DNA of 63,969 nucleotides, the filler included, from Trypethelium eluteriae (taxonomy: Eukaryota), in NCBI GenBank assembly GCA_051942245.1. It is 3 parts of 3 records of this genome, joined end to end, with 100 filler letters (N's around TTAATTAATTAA, not from the genome) between each part and the next. Parts side by side here need not be neighbours in the genome. Positions count along the whole stretch, not along the records: positions 22,778 to 45,391 come from JAVECL010000437.1; 2 more parts are not named here. One strand, written 5' to 3'. Shown here in pieces: positions 23,680-35,940 of the stretch (positions within the stretch are counted from its first letter, which is position 1; each line of letters opens with the position of its first letter). The notes below the pieces were generated by a model. It did no database searches, had not been told where the DNA came from, and was given only the letters and a program-made list of their open reading frames with translations. Position numbers and translations under genes: made by a program.

Positions 23680-24934
23680 TCAGCATATGCGGAGAGTAGA
23701 TCGCTCATGATCATTTATGTGGGATTCGCAACCAGGGTTTGCTTGTGTTCTCCAAGTTGTGCGTGAGCATCTCGATGGTATCTTCTGAGCGACCTTGGCG
23801 AGCATAGGAAATATGTACAAGCATCCATACTCTAGTGTGATTTGTAATCTCCTCGCCAAAGGAAGATAAGATCGATTTGAACAACTCACATATGAGAAAC
23901 GGAAAGACATGGCCTCTTTAATGCGGAGTATCAATGCGCATTGCAGCTGACTCCGGAGCTTGATAAGATTCTCTTTGAACATCTCCGCGAGAAATCCTTC
24001 TGCTAATCTGGGGAAATGGAGAGTTGACTCGCCTACCTCACTGGCGTGTCTGATTGCAGCAGCCACGCAGTAGACAGATTCCTCTTAATGTGCGAAATCA
24101 TTCTCCGGTCAGCATGTATGTAAAGCTTGGAGGCCTCAACATTACGCACATCCTGGTCACTGGAATCCTCATTGTTGGAGAAGCAGACCCCGATCTCAAG
24201 CATCGCATCTCGCAACCAATCTATGCGGTACTTCAGGCCAACCACCATTGAGCCCGATCGCTTCAACCTGTGGTCACATATCTGACAGGCGACCCATTGA
24301 ATCGTTCCCGTCTACAGGAGCAATGCACAGCGGGGAAACGACTCCGCAACCATCCGGACAATGCGACGAGATATTCTGGCCAGTAAGTCTTGTGCTCTTC
24401 CTCATCCTTCTCGTTTCCGAATCTCTCCGTAGGAGGCCTGACGAATCCAGACCCCGTCGGTCGTCCTTTCGCCCCGTCCCGACGATTTACCCTGCCAAGA
24501 GACACAATGACGACACACGCCCGTTCGGGAAATAGACAAACCGCTGGAGGCTTGGCAGGAGAAAATGCTCCTAGCTACTAGTGCAAGGAAGAGCTCCAAC
24601 TCTAAATTGACTTCGTGAAAGCTGATGCTGAGAGCACGGAAGCTTGAGCTCCTGATTAGTCTCTGTTCTACGGAGTATTCCTGTTGCACTCGCGCTTGTG
24701 AGTGCGCGACACTGAGAGATTCAGCAGGGGCGAAAGACCAATGCTTGGCAATATCTTGTGGTGATACTGAGATTTTGAGCAAGTACTTTAGCCCGCTTCG
24801 GAAGCTTCTATCGAAGAAATCTTGGTGTTAGGTAGTTACCACGTAGGACCCAGACTCTGATGCGACCGGCGGAAAGGAGATGGATTCGTAAAGTTTAAGG
24901 AGCGGGACGGAAGAGCTAGAGAGTTCGGTACCAT
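23680..24934 (-). pseudogene. Possible hypothetical gene or relic, structure unresolved
   Basis: Several consecutive, partly protein-like minus-strand ORFs (24402-24782, 24033-24266, 23680-24066). No recognisable domain and no clean splice model. Confidence 0.3.
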
Positions 24935-26081
24935 GGTATATCTTCACGCGAATGACAAATGTTATCCCTATTGAAAGGCCCGTCTCGCGTTCTTTTCATC
25001 TGAGAGGACGGTCGGCCCGGCGTCGGTGTTGATGTCGGCCTCGGCCAATGTTTACATGAAGATGGCTGATTGCAACGTCTGCATGTACAGATGTCGGGTC
25101 ATCATCATTCATGTAGCAGGAAGTTGGTCGATGCCTAATTGAAAGAGGAAAGGCTAGTTAAGCGGGCGTGCCTGCCGACGTTTGCGAAACGTTTCCAATA
25201 TTCTAGCCACCCTGGCCGGTCTCCACGTTGGCCCTAGCATCCTAGGGTTGATGCATGATTCCCTCTAGATAGCGATATTACCATACGAGGTTTCAATACG
25301 CTCTCAAGCGGTCCGTCTCCGGAGTTTCTAAAATTGTTCATCGTTGAGCCTCAACCGGAAGCCCGGGATCAGGGTATCTGGCCGATCGTGTTCGCTTGGC
25401 GCTCGCTTGTGCAATCCACGTTTCCCATCCCTTGCTTTACCTCCTCGTGCTACTTCCGCCCTGGAAAAGCCCCACCCCCAATTCCCCGATCCGAAAGCTC
25501 CGTCGTAAATTACTAATGAAGACACGATCGTAGTAATATTGGGGCACGTCGGACTTCGGGGACAGGTGTCAGCCTGCAGCGCGAGTAAGGAAAAGGGAAA
25601 CGAAGGGTAAATCGAGACGTGGGGGTTTTATTGGACATTTCGGATGTACCTTCCCACGGCTACGAGGCAGTGCCTTATTGGAATTCGGTCGGTGTGACAA
25701 GTGATAGTGATCGAACTGCAGTTAAGACGCTGGTGGGATGGATATTGCTGTGCCTTGATGGGGAGAATTGCTGCAACAAATCACGCGTGGCAATCAAAGA
25801 GGACCTGTCCAAAGCTTCATGGGAAGCAGTGCAGGGGTCAAGTTGGGCCTACTTTGAATTAATACTAGGAGATGCATAAATGACCGTGACATGGTATGAA
25901 CACAAGAAGTCACAAAACTCCGGCTCCCAAAACATTCTGGTGACAGGAAGCTGCAATGTAGCCTCCCTCATATATTCCCATCCCATAACCGTGTCAAGCG
26001 CGCAGAGCGTAAATCAAACAAAGAGAAATATCCTGTTCAAGTGTGAAGTTTTTCCGTAGATGTGCATGGCTAGCAAGATGT

Positions 26082-29000
26082 CTAACCAGACAACCTCAAG
26101 CCAGAGCGAAGGAGCCGGCCAAGAGTCTCGCCATGCTCATCCCGCATCATAGTAAAGTGATTGCCATCCATAGTAGCGAACGACATGTTATCCTTGCCCA
26201 GGAGCTGGCCCCAGCCGTTGTCACCAAAGTCGGTACGGTTGTTCAGGAGCCACCTCATGGGTTTAGGGTCTTCACCTTCAGCTGGTGGTGGGCGTGGGTC
26301 GTCAGGCTTACCGCAGACACCCTCACGAGCCCAAATCGCATAAGTGGGCACTTGGTCGCCTTTAGACATAGGCTTAGGGTCGTATTGGTCGAGGGCTTTG
26401 ATCGAGTATTCGAAGTGAGGAAGGAGCCAGCCAGGAGTTCCACCAGGCTTGCCGGTGCCAAGGAGTCCGATTGAGTCGAAGAAGTGGTGAAGACGAGCAG
26501 GAAGAGGCTCGAGGGCGACAGGGCAGGGGGAGTCGATGAGGACGAGTCTCTCAACCTTTTCACCCATGGCTTGAAGCTGAAGAGCGACTTCATAAGCGAT
26601 GACACCACCGGCGGACCAGCCGCCCACCACGTATGGGCCTTGCGGTTGACGACGCTTCATCTCCGCGAGGTAGATGGCAGAGACACCCTCGATGCCGCAA
26701 GTGTACTGGGTAGGGTTCTTCATGAATGGGCAATTGAGACCATAAACAGCCAAATCAGGAGAGATGTTGGGGATGGAGATGTAAGAGGTAGCCGAGCCGC
26801 TGCCGTCTGGAAAAAGAAAAAGCTTCTTGGTGGCAATCTTCGCGTTGCCTTGGAGAAGCACAGATGTAGCAGGAGGATACTTTGAAAGATCCATGAGCTT
26901 GGCGTTAACCTTCTCGAGTTCGGGCTCCTTTTGCTTCTTCTCTTGCTTCTTCTCCGTGTTTACCTGTTTGGCCTCGGCCTTAGGCTCAGGCTTCGGACGC
27001 ATGCCGAGTGCATTCTCGATGTCCTCAATGGTATCGTTAGTGACAAGAAACTCAGATGGGAGGTCGACATTGGTCGCCTCACGGAGGGCACCGAGGATGG
27101 TCAAGCTCATGAGGGAGTCCATGCCCATCTCGGAGAGGGAAGCTTTGTCGACAATTTCGGAAATGTCAACACCCATTTCCTGAGCGACTATTTGTCGGGC
27201 AACGCTGACTTCACCATTGCTGACAGCAACAACTCCTTTGATCTCAGACTCGTCGCCGTGCTCACTTGGTACGGAACTGGCAGGTGTACTCGCACACTGC
27301 TCCTCAGGAGTGTTCAGATTGGGAGACTCAGAGTCGCTCTCTGAATCGTCCTCCTCCTCGACAGCGGGAGCAGCACCATCATATTGAGCGAAGAATTTCT
27401 TCATCGCGCCGACGGTGGGGTAGTCGGTAAAGAGATTGGAGCTGATCTCAAGGTCGAGGTCCTCACGGAACTTGGCAGAAATGGTGAGCGAAAGGAGAGA
27501 ATCGACACCGAGGTTCTCGAATGCGGCTCCGTCTACGAGCTCAGACATATCAACTTCAGTCTCCTCGGCGATGATTTTCATGACACGTGAGGTAATGGTT
27601 GAAGTATTGGCCTTCGGGGAAGCCTTGGCGATTGACTTGGAAACCTTGGTAGGCTTTGATGCCGCAGGCGCAGGCTTTATGGTCACAGATTTGGTAGGGG
27701 TAGTCTTTGTCGGAGCAGCTTTGGTAGCGATGGGAGCAGGGGCGACAGTAGGCTGACCAGCTTTCTTTGGAGGCGGAAGGAAAGTGTTGAGAAGCCGTCG
27801 AGGAATTTGTTGGAACTTCAAGCTGTCGCAGACCGCCACAATCTCGTCACCCTCAAAGATGTAGATGGAGCCCACCGAGACATTGTTAGGAGCTTCGAGC
27901 ATGCGGACGTAATTGCGGTACTTCTTGTCAGGAGACAACTGCTTCTTGACGCGCATGCCACCCCAACCGTGGGATATATGGGCGAAATTTTCGGAATCAA
28001 AGGCCTCCGAGGCGTTACAGATAAAGCCAGCAAGATGGCAGATGCTGTCAATCCAGTATGGTGCACACAACCACTCGCCATCTTCTTTAGTAGTTTGGAA
28101 CTGGATATGGGCAGTAGCCTCGGAGAGTTTACCATCAATGATAACAGATTCCATGCCACGGAACTTATCGCCATAGTCAACGAAGGACTTGAAGAGCCTG
28201 TAAGCCATGCCGCGGTTGAATTTATCGGCTTCACCCTTGTTCAACTTCTGCTCCAACTGGTCGATCTGGCTTTGAGCCATGAAGCTGAAACGATTCCACT
28301 CTTCAGCCCAGGATTCCTTATCCTCGTACTTGACTGTGCAGTGAGCATGCTCAACAAGGAGCTTCCCTTCAGGGGAAACGCTCCTGTACTTGAGGAAAGC
28401 GCATCCCTGCTCGAGATCGGCAGTAGCTTCAAGTTCAAGGAACTGTCCTTCAGCTGGAGCAGGCACCTTAGCGATCAGGGGCTTGCCAACCTCCATCTTG
28501 CAGACATTATAACCGACCTCGGGACCAGACGGGCGGAGTTCCTTATACAGGTAGTCTGAGACCGTCATTGCCATATCCGCATAGAGAGATGACGGGCACA
28601 GAGGAGTCTGGTTGACCTGGTGGCCGGTACAAGCAGCGTGAAGCTTTGGCTCAGCAATATTGGAGCGGACAACGACGGTGCCAGAGTTGGCATGAAGCTC
28701 TTCGCGGACAATCTTTTGGCAGGAGGTAGTGGAGAGTTTGGACTTCGGCTCCTCCTTCACCGGCGTAACAACTGGAGCAGCGGCGATCTGCGGTGCTTCA
28801 CCCTTCGTGAGTGTCCAGTTGTTATGGTAGTCAAGCCAGTATTTCTTGTCATCAAAGCTGTAGGTAGGCAGTGGAAGCAACTCGTGGGCCTCGTTGAATT
28901 CGTTGTGGAACTCGTTGAAGTCGAAGTAAGCACCGGCTGTATAGAGAGTGCAGATACTGGTGGAAATGGTCTTCCAAGGATCCTCGCCTCGGCGAAGGGA

Positions 29001-32000
29001 AGGGGCAGTCTGAGTAGTGCCAAGAGAGGACTTAACCATACCCGAACAGACAGGGTGAGCACCGATCTCGAGCCAAGAGGTCTTGTCATCATATATCTTC
29101 TCCTTTTCACCAGTAGTTAAGGCAGTCAAGAAGTTGACAGTCTCACGAGCATGACGGGCGAGATAGTCGGGGCCGATAATGCCAGAGTCTCGAATGACCT
29201 CACCAGTAAGAGGAGAAAGGACAGGAACCTCAGGCTTGTTGAAGACCACGGAGGACGCGACAGCCTTGAATGGTTCAAGAATGGGCGCTACTTGTGCAGA
29301 ATGGAAGGCGAAGGGTACATTGAGTTTGGTAGCTTTGAAACCCTGGCTAGCGAGGGTCTCCTGAGCAGCCTCAACAACCTCTCCACTCCCGCAAAGAACA
29401 GTTTCCTCAGGACCGTTGATGCAGGCAATTTCAGTCATGCGGGCGCCAAGGACATTTGAAATAGTCTCGACGCTACCCTTGACAGCAAGCATACCATGTG
29501 TGTGAGGAGTGCATTCGGCAACCAATAGTTGAGCACGGCGGCCTACCAGCAGTACCATGTCACTTGCAGAAATGACCCCTGCGACATGCAAAGCAGCATA
29601 TTCACCCAAGCTATGACCAATCACGGCCACAGGCTTGACGCCCCAAGAAGCCCACATGCGAGCAAGTGCAACCTGGATGCAGGCCATGCCAAGCTGAACG
29701 ACAACTGGAGACAGGGTCTGAACATCAGTACCATCCAGCAGAGGAATGAACGATGGGAGACCCTGGATGCGAGCCAAATTATCCAGAGAGTCAATGTCAA
29801 GCTTGAAAGACTTGAGGTCGTTGTACAGAGCTTTTCCAAGAGCGGTGTACTGGGAGCCCTGACCAGTGAAGGTAAAGGCAACCTTGGTTGAAACCATCGG
29901 AACTGGGCTGTACGAGTCCTTCACTTGGGATTGGACTGCATCGTTGACGCGAGAAATATCTGCCAGTGGGAAGGCAACACGATAGTTGTGCTGGATGCGA
30001 CGAGCAGTGGTAGTGTAGGACAAGCTTGGGAGAGTGACCTCGGGAGTCTCTTTGACAAAGTCCTGAAGACGCTGGAGATTCTTCTTAAGAGATGCAATGG
30101 ATCTCGCAGATACCGTGACCGGCAGAGTGCTTCTTGGATCGACAGCCTTAGGAGCCTCGCGTAACGGGCCATCCTCAAGGAGAATAGCGGTGTTACCACC
30201 AGCGGCGGAAAAGTTATTCAAGAAGACCTTGCGTTTCTCGGCACCGTTTCGTGGAAAGTCGACAGCAGTAGTGGATATGTGAACGTTGCGATCCTTCAAA
30301 TCCTTTGGGAATGTCTGATTGATCTGTCCTTTGATACCAACGTTGGCAGGGATGGCATTCTTCTTCAACATCATCATAACCTTGATCAAGGAATTGATAC
30401 CGGACGCAGCCTCACCGTGGCCAATATTAGCCTTAACAGCACCCAAGTGTAGAGTTTGCTCGGCACGTCGTTGGCGGTGGCGTGGAGCGAAGGCGTTGGT
30501 GACGGATGTCATCTCGATGCCATCACCAGCTTGAGTACCAGTACCGTGCATTTCAACATAGGAGATATCGTGAGCATCGACACCAGCAGTGGCAAGAACC
30601 TTTTTATAAAGGAATTCTTGAGCGCCTGCGTGAGGATGGGTGATTGAAACTGCCTCCGCAGAATGGTTAGTGGCAGCACCCAAGATGCATCCAAGGATGT
30701 TATCCTTATCCGCAATGGCATCCTCATAACGCTTCAAGACAACAGTACCGCAGCCATCACCACGGCAATAGCCATCCGCATTGTTATCGTAAGTTTTGCA
30801 GCTACCAGTCTTGGACAAGAACTGGCCTTTGCTAAGGCCAGAGAAAATGTCAGGGTTGGTCAAAACGTTAAGACCACCAGCGCAAGCAGTGTCGCAGTCG
30901 CCTGCCCAAAGAGACGTGCAAGCAAGTTGGATAGCCGCCAGGGATGAAGAGCAAGCAGTATCGATGCTGAAGGAGGGGCCGCTAAACTTGAAGTAATAGT
31001 TGATCCGGCCTGGGGCAAAAGCACGTACACCACCTGTAATGAAGTACGTGTCGACGTTTTCGGCAGCGTTAATTTCACGCCAGTCATCAGAGGTCTGGCC
31101 ATAGAAAGTACCGATACGGTGTAGCTTTGTTGATGGTGTTCTGTTGGGGACGTAGCCGGACATTTCGAGAGCCTCATACGCGGTCACTAAGGCTAACCGG
31201 CCCATGGGATCTGTTTGAGCAGCCTCACGGGGAGACATATTGAAGAACCTAGGGTCAAAGAGCCCGGGTTCATCAATAAAGCATCCATACGGAGTATGAG
31301 ACTTGTTCTTTCCCTTGCCTGAAGGGTCACAGTGAGCTTTAGCATCGAAGCGGTCGGAGGGAACCTCTCTATGAACATCAAGTCCCTTCATGAGGAGGTC
31401 CCAAAGAGCTTCGTGACTAGCAGCACTTGGGAAACGACCTGCCATTCCAACGATGGCAATCTTGTCGTTTTGAGTCCTTCCCATGACTTCATCCGTAGAA
31501 GAAGCCCAGGCAGACTGATCCTTGAGAGTGACATTGGACTGGCCGCCAGCTTTAAGAGCGGACACAAGACTGTTCGCAACATTGGTAATGCCGAGAGACG
31601 TGATTGTGCACTCGCTCTTGCTGTTAGTAGTGACCTGAGAAACGCACTCCTCCAGCAAGTAGTCCCAGCGAACCGGGAGCTGGAGAATCTCGGCGAGAGC
31701 TATCTCGACAAGCCCAAGGGCGTCAGTCGCGGCATGACATTTACCAGTCGTCGCGGAGTGCATCAGGGCGGCAGGCCTAAATTGTTTGAGGACCTCTCGG
31801 GACTCCTCATCAAGGATCCTTTCAATGTCGGCCTCGCTGTAAAGGTGACCCGCATGGTAAGGAGCATAAACTGGAATCTGGACGCGGTGATTCTTCTTCA
31901 AAGCATCGCACTCGGAGAAAACGCGCTTGAGTGTAGAAGGCGGGCCGGAAATCGTGACAGCCATGACGCTGACAGCACTCACGTAGGCTTGACTGGTCGC

Positions 32001-32634
32001 AGGAATGCGCTTCTCCAGGTGGAATTGATCCAACGCATCTTGAGCGGCTTGTTGGGAGGTACCTGTGACGATAGTCGACCAGCTTTCGCGTGTGTTGGTC
32101 TTGTGTTCCAAGGCGTATTTGGCGGTACCAGTCGTAGTACCAGCTCGGAAAGCAATCTTCACGGCCTCGAGACCAAGCGCAATAAGTTCTGTCAAAGAGC
32201 GGGCGGAGGCGACAGCCGCACCAGCCAATAAACCAGTGCAAAGGCCGATAACGCGGGTATTGGCCGCGTTTGGGAGTTCAGCGGGGTGCTCAGAGTAGTA
32301 CCTAGAAAAAAAAAATTAGTCATCTCCCCATCACATCCTACATTGTGCAAACTTACCCAATGAAGTGAGCCAACTGAGCGGTAGTGACCAAACAGCTCTC
32401 GAGCTGTGGAACTTTGACTCCTTTCTCGAAATAGGCTTCGAGTAGGTGACTGACGGTCAAGAAGTCGGGTATGGTGTCCCGAACCGTCTTTGGCAGCTTC
32501 CTTGTCTCTTCCCTCAGAGCCACGCTGACCTGGTCCAAGAATGTTTGGAGAAGAGCGTTCTCCTTGCGGTTGACCACCTTCCTCAAAAGGGAAGACTGGT
32601 CAGCTGTCTGGTCACCAAAGAGAAGGACGTTCAT
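26082..32634 (-). CDS. pks1: Non-reducing polyketide synthase, DHN-melanin type (SAT-KS-AT-PT-ACP-ACP-TE), ~2165 aa
   Basis: Start MNVLLFGDQT; intron 32302-32356; SAT GLCTG; KS DTACSSS/HGTGT/GHGEAASG; AT GHSLGE; PT GHQVNQTPLCPSS and DSICHL; ACPs GVDSL and GMDSL; TE GWSAG...GNHFTMM. Confidence 0.96.
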
Positions 32635-35008
32635 GGCGGGCGAATCGATTGCGTAATGAAGCTTCGAGGTTTTGAACAATTTCGAGATCAATATGTAGAG
32701 GGAGAATTAGTGTAGCTGCAGAAGCAGCGGAAAAGTCTCGGATCCGAACGATTGATCCAATGACTTCGGTGATAGAATAACGAGAGGCCCAGTACAGTTG
32801 GAAATGATAACTCGAAAACGAACTTTATGAAACGAATCTCTAAAGGATTAAGAGCTGTAGTGAGGGAATATGGGTCTTCCTGGGAAGTAGGCCGAACAAC
32901 CCGAGGAATTGGAAAAGTATGATATGAGAAATGGATGTTGGGGGATGGAACAGCTTAGTATATTTGTATCTGAGGATGATTTTCAATTATTAGAGAAGCA
33001 TTGGATGTGAGATCGCGCGATGATACGCTTGGTCGGAAAAGGGATCTGCATCGAAGCTTTGACACCGGGTCTCTGACCCAAGCTTTGAAGATGCCGAGAC
33101 TGTGTACGGGAACGGTATGGTAACGTCAGGACGTGTAAGTCAAGATGCAACGAAACTTTGGAACGGGGCCTGCTTGACGGTCCGGCCGTACCATGGAGAG
33201 CAAACGATGGCATGCATCTTTGATCAGCCTCGCCGATGGTTTAGCATCATCGCCTAACAATAGCAAGACGTTAGTCGTCCCAACTAGCATCGATGGCTGG
33301 TTGACATCGTAGCCTATCTGACAGATATGGGAGATGAGACATTGGGACAGACGAGAAGGTCGACGCCGCTGGAGGAACCGACAGTCCCCCGGGTCCCCTC
33401 AACCCGCCAAGCCCGCCAGCAGTGAAGTCCGTGTAGGTACGAACGTCGAAAGCTGTTGCCCATTCTGTTAGCCATTCGCGAGCGTGTCAGACCAGATCTG
33501 AAAAGGGCCTAGAATAGAAGTCTAACCGGCTTCAACCCAAGGCAACAATATCGACCTCCTGAACCAGTTGAATGGATAGTGGATCCGCAGCATCGTGTCT
33601 ATGTATCACGGCGGTCCCGCGCCACGGACTATGGCTCTCTTGACCCACCTGCTTTTTCGTCGATGCTCCAGTCCCAGGCAAGCTCTTCTCTTCACATGCT
33701 GATGCGTATTGCAGTGAACGAGAGTGGTAGTCATGGTTCCGGCTCCCCCGCGGCGTGAGCCTGCCGCCGCTCAGCCCTTCCCGGGCGGGGCCCAATTCCT
33801 GGGCATTGTCCGCAGAAGCATGCGGAAGCGGCGTTTGCAGTGCCTAATCTGAGAATCTCGCCATCTTGCCAGGTCTCTTAGACGGTGGGCTGAAGACACG
33901 GTTAGGACGACCGGCGAGCTCAAGGTCGAGGCCTCATCGCGCAAGATCGGTCAGCTTACCCGCGATACTCCCCCATAGCCGCAGACAGGCAGATACGCAG
34001 GTGTAGATAACAGGCCATGTGGCGTCGGCCTCTCAGACTTTCCCGAAGATAACGTTAGCTGTGTGGGACAGAAGGTGATGGGAGCCGTGCTTTCGGAAAG
34101 AGGGCTGTGTCGTCGACGTCTCGATACGGCAAACGTAACAATACGTGTGACGCTAGTCCGTAAAGAATCAATAGCAGTGGCTGACCCCTGGCACCGCTTG
34201 TCGATCGCCGGCTCACTCCGAACAACCTTCACCTGCACCTTCCAACCTCAACTATCCCCCGCCCCTGCCAGCCAACTCGCTGTACCTGTGGAGCAACTAG
34301 AAGCCGGTGTTGCTTCCTTTTTTCTGATTTCTCTGAACTTGCTGAGCGCCTTCCTACCTCCTCCTGCTATGCACAGTTGTTCTTCTGCGCAGACCAGACG
34401 TCATAGGCTTTGGTAACGCGTCTTTGGCAGCATCATCTCCCGCGCCACGGGGAAACGTGTCTCCACCGCCTTCAATCTGCCGCCATCGAAAATCTCCTCA
34501 GATATGGGCATGGGCCAATGTCGCAGCCTCTCGTAATCATTTGCTCAATATCTGCGCACCCGTCCTAGCCTAACCCAGTTCATCTTTCAACGCCATTACA
34601 GTTTTGGCTGATCTTAGTACGTCCTACGCAGTAGAAACGTCCGCGTGTCCCAACTGTCAAATTTAGACTGAGATAAGGATGTGCGCTTGCTTGCCCGTTC
34701 AAGACATGCCTTGTCGTCGATCTAGATCTCTAAACGTTTCGAAATCGTCGGGTTTTTTTAGAAGTTCTGCCCCAGCCCGTCCTCAAGCTCCTTCGTAGCC
34801 ATTGCGATGGGAGCCTGACGGAAACCTGTGAGACATTTCTCTATTTACCATGTTCGATTTGGGACCTGGTTATCCTGGCCTGGCAGGGTTCGATAAATGA
34901 TTGTTCGAACCTAATCTTGTCCTTGATCTCATGCCTCTTGAGTCTAGCGCTTGAGATCTCCATCTATCCGTAATAACGGCTCCCGGCTATCCCGGTCAGT
35001 TCATCCCG

Positions 35009-35039
35009 TTCCAAGCATTTCCAAGCATTTTCAAGCATT
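35009..35039. repeat. 10-bp tandem repeat (TTCCAAGCAT) x3
   Basis: ttccaagcat ttccaagcat tttcaagcat. Confidence 0.85.
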
Positions 35040-35759
35040 GCGACTCCATGACAGCTTCAGCAACATCTCATTACTCAGTGCGACTACCCCACAAATTGAG
35101 TCCGGGTAGGCTTCAATCCCAAGGGAATATCCAGCCGGTGGGGAATGCATATCGGCCTGGCTGCGGCAACTCTAAGATCCCGTTCCGGTGAGAATTTAGA
35201 GGCGTATGTATGTCCCAGGGCCCAGGAAACGGAATGGGTAAACCTTATCTTCTTTGGTGACTCCACATTTCTTCTCTCCAAGTCACTCGGGTCCGATCCT
35301 TCGTTCTTCAACTTGGCCTTGTGTGATCGCGTGCCTTGCTTTCCATACTCTACGCGTGTGCCATACGCCTCATCTCTACAGAGTACCGCAGCGACCCCAG
35401 GAAAGTATGCAATGATAGCCTACTAAGTGTCTCTATGTGTTCCTCTGTAAAAGTGATCGCTTCATAGAGTTTGCGATCCCAAATGATGGAGTAAGTGTGA
35501 TCTCACGAAAGATCGCCATCCAACTCAGCGTTTCGAGTTGTTTTTCGGTCATCGATCATTTCATCTGGCAAGCCGCATTCTTTATGTGGTTTCGCCCCTC
35601 ATCGCGTCAATAGCTTCAAGTCTTTCCATCTCGATGGCTTGCTTAACTCTAAAGATTGAATTACAGGATCTCGATCTCTTAGGCACTGCTGCAAAGACTC
35701 CATGGAACGCATCGGTCATCAATCTATGAATCATTTGCGCGTCGTGCTTTCTTCGTTTC

Positions 35760-35940
35760 TTGCCGCTTGGCGAACTGCTCGCTATCAAGCCCAGACCGTC
35801 CTGTGCCAAGATCGGAAAAAATTGGGTCCACTCCTGCGCGGAGATTGGGGCCGACGAGCTACAGTCGACACAAAGCATGGAAAGGAACGTCCACGCGAGG
35901 ACGATGCCGAACATATCCCGGTGTGCAGATGGCTGCACAT
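35760..35940 (+). mobile_element. Degenerate pogo/Fot1-like transposase fragment
   Basis: ELLAIK...KIGKNWVHS in one frame, then KERPREDDAEHIPVCRW in another, resembling the LLA..VGKNWV...QRA..ED...I..W segment of Fot1/pogo transposases. Confidence 0.45.

Noticed and set aside
26043..32298. Many plus-strand ORFs up to 299 aa within the PKS
   Set aside because: They are antisense shadows caused by codon bias and carry no domains.
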